Below, in pieces: positions 23,401-36,662 of a stretch of DNA of 64,000 bases; the first letter of the stretch is position 1; every line of letters begins with the position of its first letter. Under the pieces are notes generated by a model that was given only the letters and a program-made list of their open reading frames with translations, did not search any database and was not told the origin of the DNA. Both the position numbers and the translations under genes were made by a program. The DNA comes from Pecten maximus (taxonomy: Eukaryota). The stretch lies in the NCBI RefSeq assembly GCF_902652985.1, contig NC_047016.1, positions 17,608,001 through 17,672,000 on the forward strand, in the 5' to 3' direction.

Positions 23401-26400
23401 AATAATTTCGAACCAATATAATTTTGTTTTCCGTGCTGAAATACATTAGTTCTTTAATTTATTTCACCAGCAGTTTTACATTGTAACCACCAGCATCAAA
23501 ACTATGCCATTTATCTTTTTTAAAGATATTTCTTGTTAGTTTTTGATGATTCTAATGAAGATTTAAAATATTATTTGCAAATAAATTATGTAAGTATTTA
23601 CTTTGATTGATATCCCAAAATGTACATTTACATTGCACCTATATGTTTAGTTCATCAGAAGGAAAGTCAGTTTTTCTATTGTTTTAGTTATGGGAAAAGG
23701 CTGGAGAAACTGGAATTCTTGGTGTTAATACACCTGACAAGTTTGGTGGCATTGGAGGAGATGTTCTTTCAGCAGCTATCACTTGGGAGGAACAGTAAAT
23801 GAACTTTTAAAATTATTTAACTTCAGATCCCTTGAACATTAAACTCAACTTTCTGCAGATTTTTTTATTGAAAGTGCTTGTTTGTGGTTGCTATTAATTT
23901 TCAAGTCTAATGAGGGGATTATCAAAATAAAATAATTTTATGCATGTTAAATTGACTTCACATTCATACCGTGCTCTTGTGAATATTCTTGCTTGGGGTT
24001 CCTTTTTATTGCTGAAGTTCAATAATCAAGGCTATCTTTACTTATACTTAACAAATTGTTTCCTGAAGTTAAATTGAGTTCATTGGGCCATTAAACAACT
24101 AAATACTTAACTTTGTTTTTATGGAATTATCTCATGTTTTGGATCTCTTCCTACTACATGTATTTCTTATGCAATAGAAAAAGTAAAAATGTAATGCCCT
24201 TGTTAATTTTTGAGATACAATTTATTTTTACTTTTTCCCTTATCATGATAAACTTGTGAAATTTTTTTGTTTGACATCTTTTTGCTCAAAAGTTTTTTAG
24301 TCCAACATCATCCGATGATAAACTATCCATTTTAAAAAATTGCCCTACGTCTGTGGTCCGTCTATAAACAGTCCTTGATATCACTATCCTTTGGGAGTGC
24401 AAGAGAAGGATTTTTTGAATGCGACATGTAGATTCCCTTGGACTTGGTCCTTTGTTATGCCCATTCAGTTTTGAAACTTATAAGGGAAAAAAATGGCTGA
24501 CAAGCGGCCATCTTGGATTTTTTGACAGTTGAAGGTTTATACCAAAATTTCTTGAAGTACCTGACGGATATTTCTCAAACTGAACATTTAGGCAACTCTT
24601 GGTCTCTATAGTTATTTCCATTCAATTTTAAAAAAATAGCCAACCATCTTAGATTTTAACAATTGAAGTTTGTTTTTGATATATTTCAGAAAGTTCTTCT
24701 TGGATCTTTCATAGACTTCTTAAATATTATGTAGATTTCCCATGTTATCAAATCAAATGATTAGAGGAAGAAGGGAAAAGTAGAGAAATTATTGGTCTTT
24801 CACAGTACTGAAAGAGATCATTCAGTGGTGGGTGCCAAGATGCTCTGGGATCTCTTGTTTATTAAATGCACTTATTGAACATGTATGTACATTTTCAATA
24901 ATGAGTATTTTGTTTTTTAAATCATGAACCTGTTTGCAGGAGTTACGCTAACTGCTCTGGGCCTGGCTTTGCCCTCCACTCAGACATTGTAATGCCCTAT
25001 ATCACACACTATGGTACACCAGAACAGATAGAGAAGTTTATTCCCAGAATGACAGCTGGGACATGTATCGGTGCGATTGCCATGACAGAGCCAGGTGCTG
25101 GAAGGTAATAAGCTCTCTTTTTTTTTTTTTTTTATAATGTGTTTAGATGAATAATGCATTATTTCCAGAGTCACTGAACCATATACTCTGGATAATATTC
25201 TATAATGAAGTGTGTGTTGTGAAGTTCACTATGTGATCTATCTACATAATATGTTTGGTCAAAGTATTTTGTTAAGCAACAGTTCTAAATGCAAAACTAT
25301 AAAGTGAAATGTCAAATACATGTACATCACTTTTGCCGCTTGAAAAAAAAAACTACAGTCTTGCTTTGATACTTTGTTTGCTGGAAAAATAAAAATGAAG
25401 ATTGCATCATTTAGGTATGTGAAATAAAAGTAATTTGCTGAAATAATGCATTATTCATCTGACCACATTTTTCAATTGAATAAATTTCTAGTAATATGTA
25501 CAATGTGTTGAGATGTCTATACAACAATGCAGTTATATTCATTTGGAAAAAATTTCAGATTGAGGTGAATTTTTAGAATTACTGAAAACTTTGCCAAATT
25601 TCATATTAGCTTTTCAATGCATCAATATTTAGACATGTTTATATAAAAGTTTACATTGAGCTTCCATGCTATCAAGTAGAGTTTGTTGGGTTTTTTTGGG
25701 AAAAAATACTGACATTGTAGTGAACTATCTATTTTACTACACTATACTGACTATTTAAGTGGGACCGACAAAACATATACTGATGTGTTATCCTGGTATC
25801 CTTTCGCAGATGTTGGGCCATTTAAATTGCCCTTCGTCCATGGTCTGTCTATAAACAATTCTTGTTACTGTTATTTCTAGGAAATTACCCTCTGCCTCTG
25901 AACCCCCTTTGTTCCTAGTTGTGCATGATCAATTTTGAGACTGATAGGAAAACAAAATCGCCCTTTTGGATTTTGAATTTGAAGATAGTTACTGCAATTT
26001 ATCAGAAAGTATTCAATGGGTCTTTCACAAATTTCATAATTTTGTTTCCTTCGTTGGTCACTAAGTATATTGTGCATCTTTAAATGTGAGACTGATTTTA
26101 AAATATTTTGATTGTTGAAGTTTGTTACTGCTATTTCTCCGAATGTACACTATGGACCTTTCACAAATTTCATTTGTATGTTCCCTTTGGGTCCTTAGTT
26201 ATGCCTGTTAAATTTTGAGACTGATCTGAAAACAAAATGGCCGTCTGGTGAACATTTGTGGATTGTGACAGTATAAGTGTTTTACCACTATTCTGCAGAA
26301 AGTCCTTTAATAATTTCTCAAATATTTTTGAATGTTCCCCATGATCCTATTTGTGGATGGTAAATTTTGAGACTGATAGGGAAACAAAATGGATGATACG

Positions 26401-29400
26401 TGTCAGTGTTGAATTTTGAAAGTTTAAGTTTGTTTTTGATATTCTCAGAAAGTGCTTTATGAATTTATATCTAACTTTACATGTAGGAACTCCTTGGTCC
26501 TTTGTATCATATAGTGTTAAGGCTGATTGGGGGAAAATGACAGATGAAGTTTATTATTCCTTGAGAATTGTATATTGGAAGGATCTTTCTCAAATCTCAT
26601 ACATGTATGTAAGTTATGGCTAAAAGTTGGCCATCTTGGATTATTTTCTACGCCAGATAAGTTTGCAATCACCTTTACTGAGAAAACAATTGATGAATAT
26701 TTCCAATATGTTGTGTAGCTTCTTTGTCGCTATTTGTACATTGTATAGGGACTGAATAATTTCAGTACAGTCAACTGTGAATTTGTATGAATATGTACAT
26801 TTTGTAAGTATATATATATATATACACATATATCAAATGGTAAATATGAGGAAAGAAGAGAAAATATCAATCTTACAAAAAACCACTCTAGGATCTCTTG
26901 TTAGTTCACTGGTTACGAGTAATCGTGAGCTAATGCTGTACCCCCGCGTCGACGTGCCTCCCCACTTTAAAGCTTTTTGGTTTAAATTTTTGGAAAGCTT
27001 GTAAGTCCAAACGTATATGCTTTGCACCCTTCTTATTTGGTTTATACATTCATTAGAGGTCTAGGAGTGATGTTATAGCAAAATCATGCCGCAAAAATTT
27101 ATGATTTTTTTTTGTATTTTACCATTTAGTGGACTTAATTTTTTTGGCTTTAAAAATTTTGTGTGTAAGTTTTGGAAAGCTTGTAAGTGCACACCCTTCT
27201 TATTTGGTTTATACAATTTTACATGCATTAGAGGTCTAGGAGCGATATTATGTGACGTACAATTTCAAAATGACATGCTTATACATACATAAAAAATGAA
27301 TGCATAGTGCTTATACATACATAAAAAATGAATGCATAGTGTGATTGCTGCCGCCGGTGAGCTTTCGCAATCATTGATTGCACTTGTTTTATTTTACTTT
27401 CTATGTTGATAGTGATTTGCAAGGAATCCGAACCACTGCTAAGAAAGATGGAGATGACTATATTCTCAATGGCAGTAAAGTTTTCATCACCAATGGTTAC
27501 ATGAGTGATGTTGTGATAGTTGTGGCCATCACCAATTCTGATGCCAAGTCAAAAGCTCATGGCATCAGTCTTTTCCTTGTAGAAGAAGGAATGCCTGGTT
27601 TCAAAAAAGGAAAAAAGTTGCACAAGATTGGCATGAAAGCACAGGTATATATATATCTGTGCCACCATTGCAATAAATGGTTGCATTTATGTGACTGTGA
27701 GCAAAGTGAGGTGTCATAGATTAGGAATTTATATTGTGAAATTTAGTTACAACATTTTGAACATGATATACAGCTTGAATTTGTTAACCAAGTGTTTTTG
27801 AAGGCATCCTGTTGAGTTAATATTATTTATTCTTACTTTGTGGTTTAATATTAAGCATAAGAATATTTTTATTCTGAAATTCATTGTTGCCCTGAAAAAA
27901 AGAAACTTCATTTAAAATTTAATTTCAGGTACAAATACTATTTTGATGGATTTTGAAATCTGTGTTAATGTTCACTTTTCAAAGACTTCAGTTTACCCTC
28001 TTCATGATTGCTGACTCACACATACAAGTAATGTCTTGAAGAAGTAATGTTTGGTACACATACATGTAATGTCTTGAAGAAGTAATGTTTGGTAAATAGT
28101 TGATATTCAAACAATTCTTTATTCGGTCAATTTTCAAGGGGCCAAAATCAACTAAACTAACCCTAACCCTCTTACAGGACACAGCCGAGCTTTTCTTTGA
28201 GGATGTTCGCCTGCCCAAATCTGCCTTGCTTGGAGGAGAAAACAAGGGATTCTACTTACTGATGAATGAGCTACCACAAGAGCGTCTTCTCATTGCTGCT
28301 ATGGCCATGGCTTCTTGTGAATGGATGTTTGAGGAGACACGCAACTATGTTCTTGAAAGAAAGGCTTTTGGAAAAACAATTTCAAACCTACAGGTATTAT
28401 TTGATGCTAAATTGTATTTGTCTATGTTTATCTAGGAAACTCAACTCCGCTTATCTTTTTTTTTTTCAAGAAATGTGATATAAAAATTGGTTTCCCATGT
28501 ACTTGTGGAAATAGTACTTAAAACAAATACAAAATACTATTTTTTAGTGCAATCAATCATACCTGGTAGGTATATGATGATGAATATGATACTGTTCAAA
28601 ATAAGTTTGTTTTACTATGAAAGCAGCTCAAAAAGTATTAATGGGATTATTATGTTGGATACCAATACTAGGGTAAGAAGGGAGATAACTCCCGAGATTG
28701 TGAAAGTTTATTCTGTTTTTTTCTGACAGCATATCCCATAATCTTTCCTGCACAGTGCACAGGTGCGTTTTTGAGTTTCATTTTCAGTTTTAAAAAAAAT
28801 GAAGAAAACATTTTTTTTTTCTATCTTTATGTTTAACTTCAACTGCAAGGTAGCTGGATACTACAGCATAAGTTGATATATGTCTGTAATTTATCAAAGC
28901 TACATTATAACATTTAATTGGAATCACTGGTCAGATTTGACACATTGAATTGATAGGTTGTTTACATTACACTGTGATAGGCCTAGCCAGCTTGCAAATT
29001 TGAGTTGTCTCATCCATGATGTTTGTACAAACAAAATATTTAATCTTACCCTAAATTAGCTTGTGATTTTCGCGCTAGTATGATCTTCTGTGGAATCTGT
29101 ACACAGATTTATATACATAGGTAATTACCTGTAAGCCCAACTATAACAAGATTGACTGGAAAGGTTAGTATAGACAAGCTACATAATGTAACACTGGCCG
29201 CCGATTTGTATACGGAAACAATTCTGCTGTCGGTGTATGTATTGGACATTACATTTATATCAATGAAATAAACATGTTGATATGAATCAGAGCAATTTTC
29301 ACAGTCAGGTCATAATTTATAGGGCCAGTTGGTCGGTGACTGCCTTTCTGGCAAAGGTCTAGATTTATAAGGTGATTTATTTAGAATTCTGAATGAACTA

Positions 29401-31397
29401 AGTACTGATATGTCATTTCAAGTTTTGTTTTATGTTAAATGAGCCGTTGTACATCGTATTGAACCTGAAAATGGCAACTTGCGAAAGTGAGATCATATGT
29501 ATGCGGAACATGTGTGGTTGGTGATCAGCAAAGATAGGCATAAACATCAAAATAACTATTTATTTTCTTGATTATTTGTTCAATATGTACTTAATAAATG
29601 CTTTATATATTTAAGTATTAAATCATAATCCTGTTGTCAAAGGAAACGACAATACTATATCTCAAATCACATTTGTGACATCCATGAATCTGACCGGCAA
29701 AGGCTTGTTTCTGCGTATAGTGTGCAGTGGATTTTTTCACTTGTCAATTTTTGAAAAAAAAAGTGTGCATTATACATGAATATTTACAGTAATGATCATT
29801 TAACAGAACTGATAATCAAATATGTTGGAGGTTTAAGATTTAGAATGTGAAGCTGACATATATCAAATGTTTTGGTAGCAAATTCTTCTCAAAACCGGGA
29901 GGCCCAGGGAGTCGATATTGGGACTATAACATGCTAGAGTGAAGGGATACCGAATTTGTTCGAAGAATGACCTCGAACTGGGTCACTGGGGTCAAAAAGG
30001 CTAAAATCTTTAAATAATGATTTTTTGATAGCCAAGAGACTCTTGATACCTGATATTAGGCCAATACTATGCTGAAATAAAGGACTAGAAAATGTATTGA
30101 AATGAATGAACCTAGCCTCCTCTGGTATTTAGATAAAGTAGTAATCATTGATTATCTGTAGAAATGACATAGATCAGCATCAAAGTTGCTGAAAAACCAG
30201 TTGAGTGATACAGGCCCATTGGGCTTGTTGTTACTAGTGTGCCATGTCATTTTAAAATTATTTTGTTGAATTCTTTTGTGCCAAGGTTAACAGTTATCTG
30301 TCATGTGTTCTATTGTTAATAAATGACTCCAGATTTTACAGTCATCTTCACTAGATTATAAATAATTTTCCTGTCCATTTCATGACAAAACAAAGTTTCT
30401 TTATTCATACAGACACACAAGAGGCAGAGTGATCCGTGCTGATAATTAGGCCCTTGCTTCATTACTGAAGCATGACTCTAAGGTCTTAGATTTTAACTAT
30501 TTTCTATGTTAAATGATATGCCTAATAAAGCAGTAATATTGAGATGGCTGAATAATGAAGTATTTTTAATCTTCCATTCCCCAGACAATACAGCACAAGC
30601 TTGCTGAGATCAAGACAGAATCAGCTGTTGGTCGTGCCTTTGTTGATCAGTGTCTTGATATCCACAACCAACGTGGACTTGACTCTACGATGGCATCCAT
30701 GGCCAAATACTGGTAATTTCTTCAGCTCTAAATACAAAAACATAAGTAAAATCACCATGCTGGATAATTTGTTTGCAGGTTATAAGGTAAAAGGCATGTT
30801 GATGGTAAATTTATAGTCTGGAAAAGATTGACACAGACGTTTTATACTAAATACAGGTCTTTCTTCAGGAAAGTAAATACATGTATAATGCTGTGAAATT
30901 GTTTTTGTGATACATTGTTGATATAGGAAATGATGTATAAATGCTTGTTGTGTGAAGTTTTATGTACGGTTTTCCCAGGAAATGTTTTCTACAGTGAACC
31001 TTTTTAGTTCCAGTAAGGAATTTGATTTATCATGACATGTCCACATCTTTGATGCATAGCATATACCTAAAAATCACATTTGAATTTTAGGGATGATAAG
31101 TGAACAATTTACTGGTTTCCCAGTATAGAATATCAGTTATTTGGTTTATCAAGTATCTTTAAAAGGACACATGGAATATATTTGTTTTATTGAATAATTT
31201 TCCCTCTGTTTTTCAGGTGCTCAGATCTTCAGAACTCCATTGCAACACGTTGTGTTCAGATGCATGGAGGATGGGGATATATGTGGGAATACCCAATTGC
31301 CAGAGCTTTTGTTGATGCTCGAGTACAGCCTATCTATGGAGGCAGTAATGAAATCATGAAAGAGCTCATTGCTAGGACTGTCATCACCAAAACTTAA
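16533..31397 (+). CDS. ACADL: Long-chain specific acyl-CoA dehydrogenase, mitochondrial (9 coding exons, 436 aa)
   Basis: Exons 16533-16627, 21762-21917, 22996-23026, 23688-23794, 24940-25104, 27413-27644, 28178-28393, 30585-30712, 31217-31397. All introns are GT-AG with consistent phases; 1311 nt total. The translation has a basic transit-peptide-like N-terminus, then FNEEHDMFRQSVRRFFQEEVVP, IAMTEPGAGSDLQG, LNGSKVFITNG, GMKAQDTAELFF, ELPQERLLIA (LCAD-type catalytic Glu in helix G), QMHGGWGYMWEYPIA and IYGGSNEIMK (Gly where MCAD has its catalytic Glu). Confidence 0.95.
17071..17300 (+). mobile_element. hAT-like MITE end with long poly-G tracts
   Basis: The cagtggcggatacaggatttt terminus is followed by G runs of up to ~28 nt. 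The other end was not identified. Confidence 0.45.
18126..19251. mobile_element. Non-autonomous TIR DNA transposon carrying three ~210-bp tandem units
   Basis: 21-bp TIRs cagagacatatgtagagagat / atctctctatatatgtctctg, with TAG on both flanks (3-bp TSD). Internal units start at ~18470, 18681 and 18890. Confidence 0.8.
22112..22742. mobile_element. Palindrome-bearing non-autonomous element (Crypton-like) in ACADL intron 2
   Basis: Long inverted repeat 22133-22190/22217-22270, plus a short attctaccatg/catggtagaat inverted pair. It interrupts the second copy of a local ~78-bp tandem duplication. The family assignment is tentative. Confidence 0.55.
24295..24860 (+). mobile_element. HINE-like element, diverged, same family as 48105-48955
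   Basis: Carries gccatcttggatttt...gaagttt units and the 3' hairpin ccaagatgctctgggatctcttgtt. Confidence 0.7.
25795..27375 (+). mobile_element. Two adjacent HINE-like elements in ACADL intron 5 (25795-26900 and 26900-27375)
   Basis: The first has ~155-bp degenerate units ending ggatctcttgtt. The second starts ttagttcactggttacgagtaatcgtgagctaa and matches the family at 58710 and 63697. Confidence 0.7.
29850..30232 (+). mobile_element. HINE-like fragment (3' end)
   Basis: Ends cagttgagtgatacaggcccattgggcttgttgtt; its units resemble 46400-47015. Confidence 0.55.
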
Positions 31398-32475
31398 CTT
31401 ACCGTATATAGAGAGATATTCTGACAGCAAATGTGTACCAACAAATATGTTTTTGTTTTTTTAAAGGAAATGCGATAAATATGCTTGTTGAAGTTGGTTC
31501 TGTGGGATATGATTTAAAGATGTTGTAAATTATCATTGAAGATCCAACTTATTTGATACAAAATCTGTGGTCAGTATCATTAAATAAACATAATTCATCT
31601 TTTGCATGAATATACATTTTACTTCATGCTTGATATTCACTACCTGCTGTATGAGAATAGAACACTACTTAATGATAATCTCAGGACTAGCTACCAGTAG
31701 TCATTGATCATTTTGATTTGTGATGATCAGAATCAAGTTTGAGTTTTTTTTATCACAAGTTGCCCTGTGTATTTTCTTTATGCAGTATGCTCATGCAGGG
31801 CTTTGTGTTGATATGACTGGACTTTGTATATATACTTTCTGGAGGAATTGTCCCAGTATGAGTTGATCACTGGATTTTCAATGTGATCATTGCCATTTCA
31901 TGTAATAATGTAACAATGAATTTTTATACATCATGTCAAACCCTGAAAGTGGTTTGATGTTTGTAGTGACACAAATTGGAAGTGTATTCAGTTATATATG
32001 TCATATTTAGTATTTCAACCATATCATCTGTATCAGTATGTGATTTGTGTGTTGATAAAAAGGCTGTGAATCACCAGTTGTGTGAATATTTGAGCAATTT
32101 GACATTTCTATATGTCCATTTTATGAACAAATTAATTTTATAGGGTTCATGTACAATTGTATGTTCTACTGTTTACATACATTTAATTAAATTGAATTTT
32201 GAAAGAACATTGTACTCATTTCATTTTGTACTTATTTCATTTGGTGAGAACTATGATTGCTTATAATTTTCATTGAAATCATATAATGATATATCAGTAA
32301 CTACATGTAGTAATATATATTATTGATGATCTGCATTGAGGACTCGATAACACTTGCTATTTACAGGTTTAGTACAGGATAACTATTTCTGTAACTGTCA
32401 GATTAAACCACTAAATGAAATATTTTCCTTTTAATGTATTATATGTACAAATGTTGATGTATTATATCAACTGTG

Positions 32476-33600
32476 TCAGAATGTATAACTGGTCAGACTT
32501 CTAGAGAACTGTAACAATGTATAACTGGTCAGACTTCTGGAGAACTGTAACATTGTATAGTCATCAATCTACATCAGAATGTATAACTGGTCAGACTTCT
32601 GGAGAACTAACATTGTATAGTCACCAATCTACATCAGAATGTATAACTGGTCAGACTTCTGGAGAACTGTAACATTGTATAGTCATCAATCTACATCAGA
32701 ATGTATAACTGGTCAGACTTATAGAAAAACTGTAACATTGTATAGTCATCAATCTACATCAGAATGTATAACTGGTCAGACTTCTGGAGAACTAACATTG
32801 TATAGTCATCAATCTACATCAGAATGTATAACTGGTCAGACTTATAGAGAACTGTAACAATGTATAACTGGTCAGACTTCTGGAGAACTGTAACATTGTA
32901 TAGTCATCAATCTACATCAGAATGTATAACTGGTCAGACTTCTGGAGAACTGTAACATTGTATAGTCATCAATCTACATCAGAATGTATAACTGGTCAGA
33001 CTTCTGGAGAACTAACATTGTATAGTCATCAATCTACATCAGAATGTATAATTGGTCAGACTTCTGGAGAACTAACATTGTATAGTCACCAATCTACATC
33101 AGAATGTATAACTGGTCAGACTTCTGGAGAACTATAACATTGTATAACTGGCCAGACTTCTGGAGAACTGTAACATAAAGTTACATTGTATAGTCACCAA
33201 TTTACATCAGAATGTATAACTGGTCAGACTTATAGAGAACTGTAACATTGTATAACTGCAGACTTCTGGAGAACTGTAACATTGTATAGTCACCAATCTA
33301 CATCAGAATGTATAACTGGTCAGACTTCTGGAGAACTAACATTGTATAGTCATCAATCAACATCAGAATGTATAACTGGTCAGACTTATAGAGAACTGTA
33401 ACATTGTATAGTCAACAATCTACATCAGAATGTATAACTGGTCAGACTTCTGGAGAACTAACATTGTATAGTCATCAATCAACATCAGAATGTATAACTG
33501 GTCAGACTTCTGGAGAACTGTAACAATGTATAGTCACCAATCTACATCAGAATGTATAACTGGTCAGACTTCTGGAGAACTGTAACATTGTATGTATAAC
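32476..33600. repeat. 60/62-bp minisatellite (cagaatgtataactggtcagacttctggagaactgtaacattgtatagtcatcaatctacat)
   Basis: About 19 highly similar tandem units, with occasional ~38-bp short units. Confidence 0.95.
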
Positions 33601-35677
33601 ATAGTATGTATACAGTATCCGGTTATTTTTACAAGGTGCAATTTGGATGAATAGAGAAAATCACCCCACAAAATGTACTGTTTTTAAATTTCACGACTTT
33701 TTGTGAATTCCTATGTTCAGAACCATCAATACGTTTTTCATCGTCACTTACTTAATTGGATAGAATAACTTTTTCTTGTACAGCAACACAAACCTAATCG
33801 CGATTTACAGACTTCGTGATTCCCGCTCGAATAAATTCATTATGTCAGATTGATTTTCAGCTTGATGATCATACTTTAGTTTTGTACAGTCCGTCTACTT
33901 TGTAACATTTCCCACACAGTCATCTATAGCGAACTGCTATGTAACCTGTCACGCGTACCATTTTGGCCGTACTGACTCAATATTTTTGTGGGGTGCATTC
34001 ACCGATTGATTGCGTCAAAATATCTTCGTCGCCTATATGAGACGAATTTTTAAGTATTTTTTGGGGTTTTTTAACCCATAAATCAACATTAAATATCGCT
34101 ACGCATGTGCTTTTTTTTAGCGACGGAATGAACGAAAATAAAAACAGGTTTTGAAATTATGATCGACTTGTGCCGTGCACCCCACAAGACACTGCACCCC
34201 ACTAGTCCACCATGGCCGTTCGTCCGGGAAATGATGTTGATGTCCGAAATGGGGGTACATTGACATACATGTATGTTTGTACAAGAAATAGAGAAGTGAC
34301 TAGCACAGAAAACCACAACTGGTATTTCTTTTTTTACGATACTATACATTATTATGTATATCCAAAACTGCTCGAAAACAATAATATCAACCTGGAACAA
34401 AACATGTAGCTGACCAATTGAGTTCTGAGTACATTATGTATACATGTTGATTGCAGTTTTTAAATTGTCATATTTCTACTACAATAAGTTTGCACCCATA
34501 AGTTTGCACTAACGACGCTCCATCTAAATTTTCCTAGAGTTACCCCCCTTACTATAAATAAACCTGTTTCTGTATCATGACTATAAATAGATTCGTGCGG
34601 TATTTGGACAAGGAAGTAAGTATTTTTAACCCTGGCATGTCGTATAGGTCTAGATATATCTCGATAATCTTTCGTAGTGAATAAAAAGGTACCAAGTGAA
34701 TATTTGTTTTAACAAAAATTGGGACCTCAATGTCTAAAATCCGGACTAAGGATTAGTGTTTATTACTAAGTTATCGGTACTCGGTCGATTGGCATTCGAG
34801 GGAGTTGATTTCCGAGAGTTGCCGGAAATTTCCCCGAGAAGTTGCGATTGACAGGAGCATGTCTAGTCTTATATTAAAAAATAGCCAGAAATATGTGCCC
34901 CTGTGGTTTACATACATATAGGTATCAATTTGATCCAATTGAATACATGCGATATGCTTATATAGCGAGTAGTTATGTTGTTATTGTGAAGTTTTCATCA
35001 TTATTTTTATACAGATATCAGGTATGGTGTCAGACCGATATATACAACGTGTAAAAAGTCACTAAAACGTTAGACTAATTCGTAGACTAATGCTGGCAAT
35101 TGCTCAAATGCCTTGGGTCATCACACACAATATGTCTTAGAATACTCATATGCATATTCTCGTTTAAATAGCGATATTGATAGTTAACGTCAGGAAGTTT
35201 TTTTCAGAAATAAAATGGTCCAGGATGACGTTTTATCAATTAATTATCAAGTGAGGAACGGGTGGTGTCTACATATGGGTTTCTTATGGCAAACAACGGT
35301 TGGAAAATTCCTATATTATGCTTGTATGCAAGAGGTATACGTGCATTACTCTCCTCCTTACCAAATGAAGCATCCAAACGGTTCAGATCAGGTGCTAATT
35401 AGGTCTTACGAGTCTGATTTCATCCTGTAAGATCTATCAGTTTTCACCTGTCGTCGAAATATTAATTAATACCGTTTAGGCACATCAGCCGCTTACACAG
35501 ATCGTTCACTTATGGTTTAACCGACATGTTGCTCTTAAACTGCAGCCTGATAATTTCAGTTTCACCAGTGAAAATTGCCTTTTCTAGATAGCAGCATCCT
35601 TGGTTCCCTAACATGTCGTGTTCACATGTTCTCTATGATTCGATATTAAAGGAATTCTCCCCCGTGTCATGAACAAC

Positions 35678-36080
35678 TTTCTTCTTCCTAATGCCTCCCT
35701 TGACAATGCCTCACTTTTGACCTTTTGTTGAGCGTTCGTACTGTGAGGAAGGCTTTGGGTTCTGTCCCCTTGCCGAGACTTACCAGAGTCTTTAAAAATG
35801 GTTGTTGCTACTCCTGCTTAGCGTTCAGTATAGTGGGAGTGGGACGATTGGTTCTGGTATGGTCTGGAACTTTGGCCAATTTATAGTGCTACTTCACTGA
35901 AGCATACTACCGAAGACAACCAGCAGGATATCCCACCCGGTCACATTATACTGACAATTGGAAAACCAGTCGTTCTACTTCCAAAATGATGAGCGCTAAG
36001 CAGGAGTAGCAACTACTATCTTTAAAGACTCTGGGAACAAAACCCTAAGCATTCCTCACAGAGATGAGGCATTGTCAAGT
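35678..36080. mobile_element. Two MetaSINE-like fragments in opposite orientation (foldback)
   Basis: 35678-35855 matches 8236-8415 in the forward sense; 35866-36080 matches 5445-5697 (reverse sense of the SINE). Confidence 0.8.
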
Positions 36081-36662
36081 GAGCCATAATGTATTAGTTC
36101 CATAGTTCTTCCATGGTATCATAACATCTGGTCACATTCTAGTGGTCATTGGTCATGGTCAAAGGGTCTAAGGTTCATCCTCTTACAATTTCTGTATGGG
36201 ATAATTTTTCGGAATCAATATCATATTTTGAGAACCGGGCATCACCTTATTAAATTCATATTTCTACATTTCCGAAAACACATTAAGTTCATGATTACAG
36301 TTGTATCATAACAATTTCTCTGCAGTGTAGCGGTCGCAATCATGTCTTCCAACACTTTTTTATTTTGAAGGTATTCGTGAAAATAATGTGGCCTCGTTTT
36401 ATCGACTTTGATAATAAATTCTATGTTAAAGTTGGTCTTTTGAACATGTACAACTTTGAGTTAAGTTGTTAAGCTATATAAAAGCAACAGTAATTGTTTT
36501 GGGGTAAACATCGGATGTTTATATATATCGGGATTATATAGTAAGCATTACATGTAATTCTGATCATGCAATATTTCACTTGTAGCTTTGTCCGACCTTC
36601 GATTTACCCATCGAATGAGACTGAAGCGTATATAGCTGTGTATGGAATGTTAAAATATCATC

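Noticed and set aside
28150-28177. Telomere-like CTAACCCTAACCCT (also at ~3775 and ~39297)
   Set aside because: Only about two units. Here it is plausibly the branch-point region of an ACADL intron; elsewhere it is internal to the mariner MITE.
32476-33600. Repeating ORFs and possible CRISPR array
   Set aside because: Pure tandem repeat with no unique spacers.
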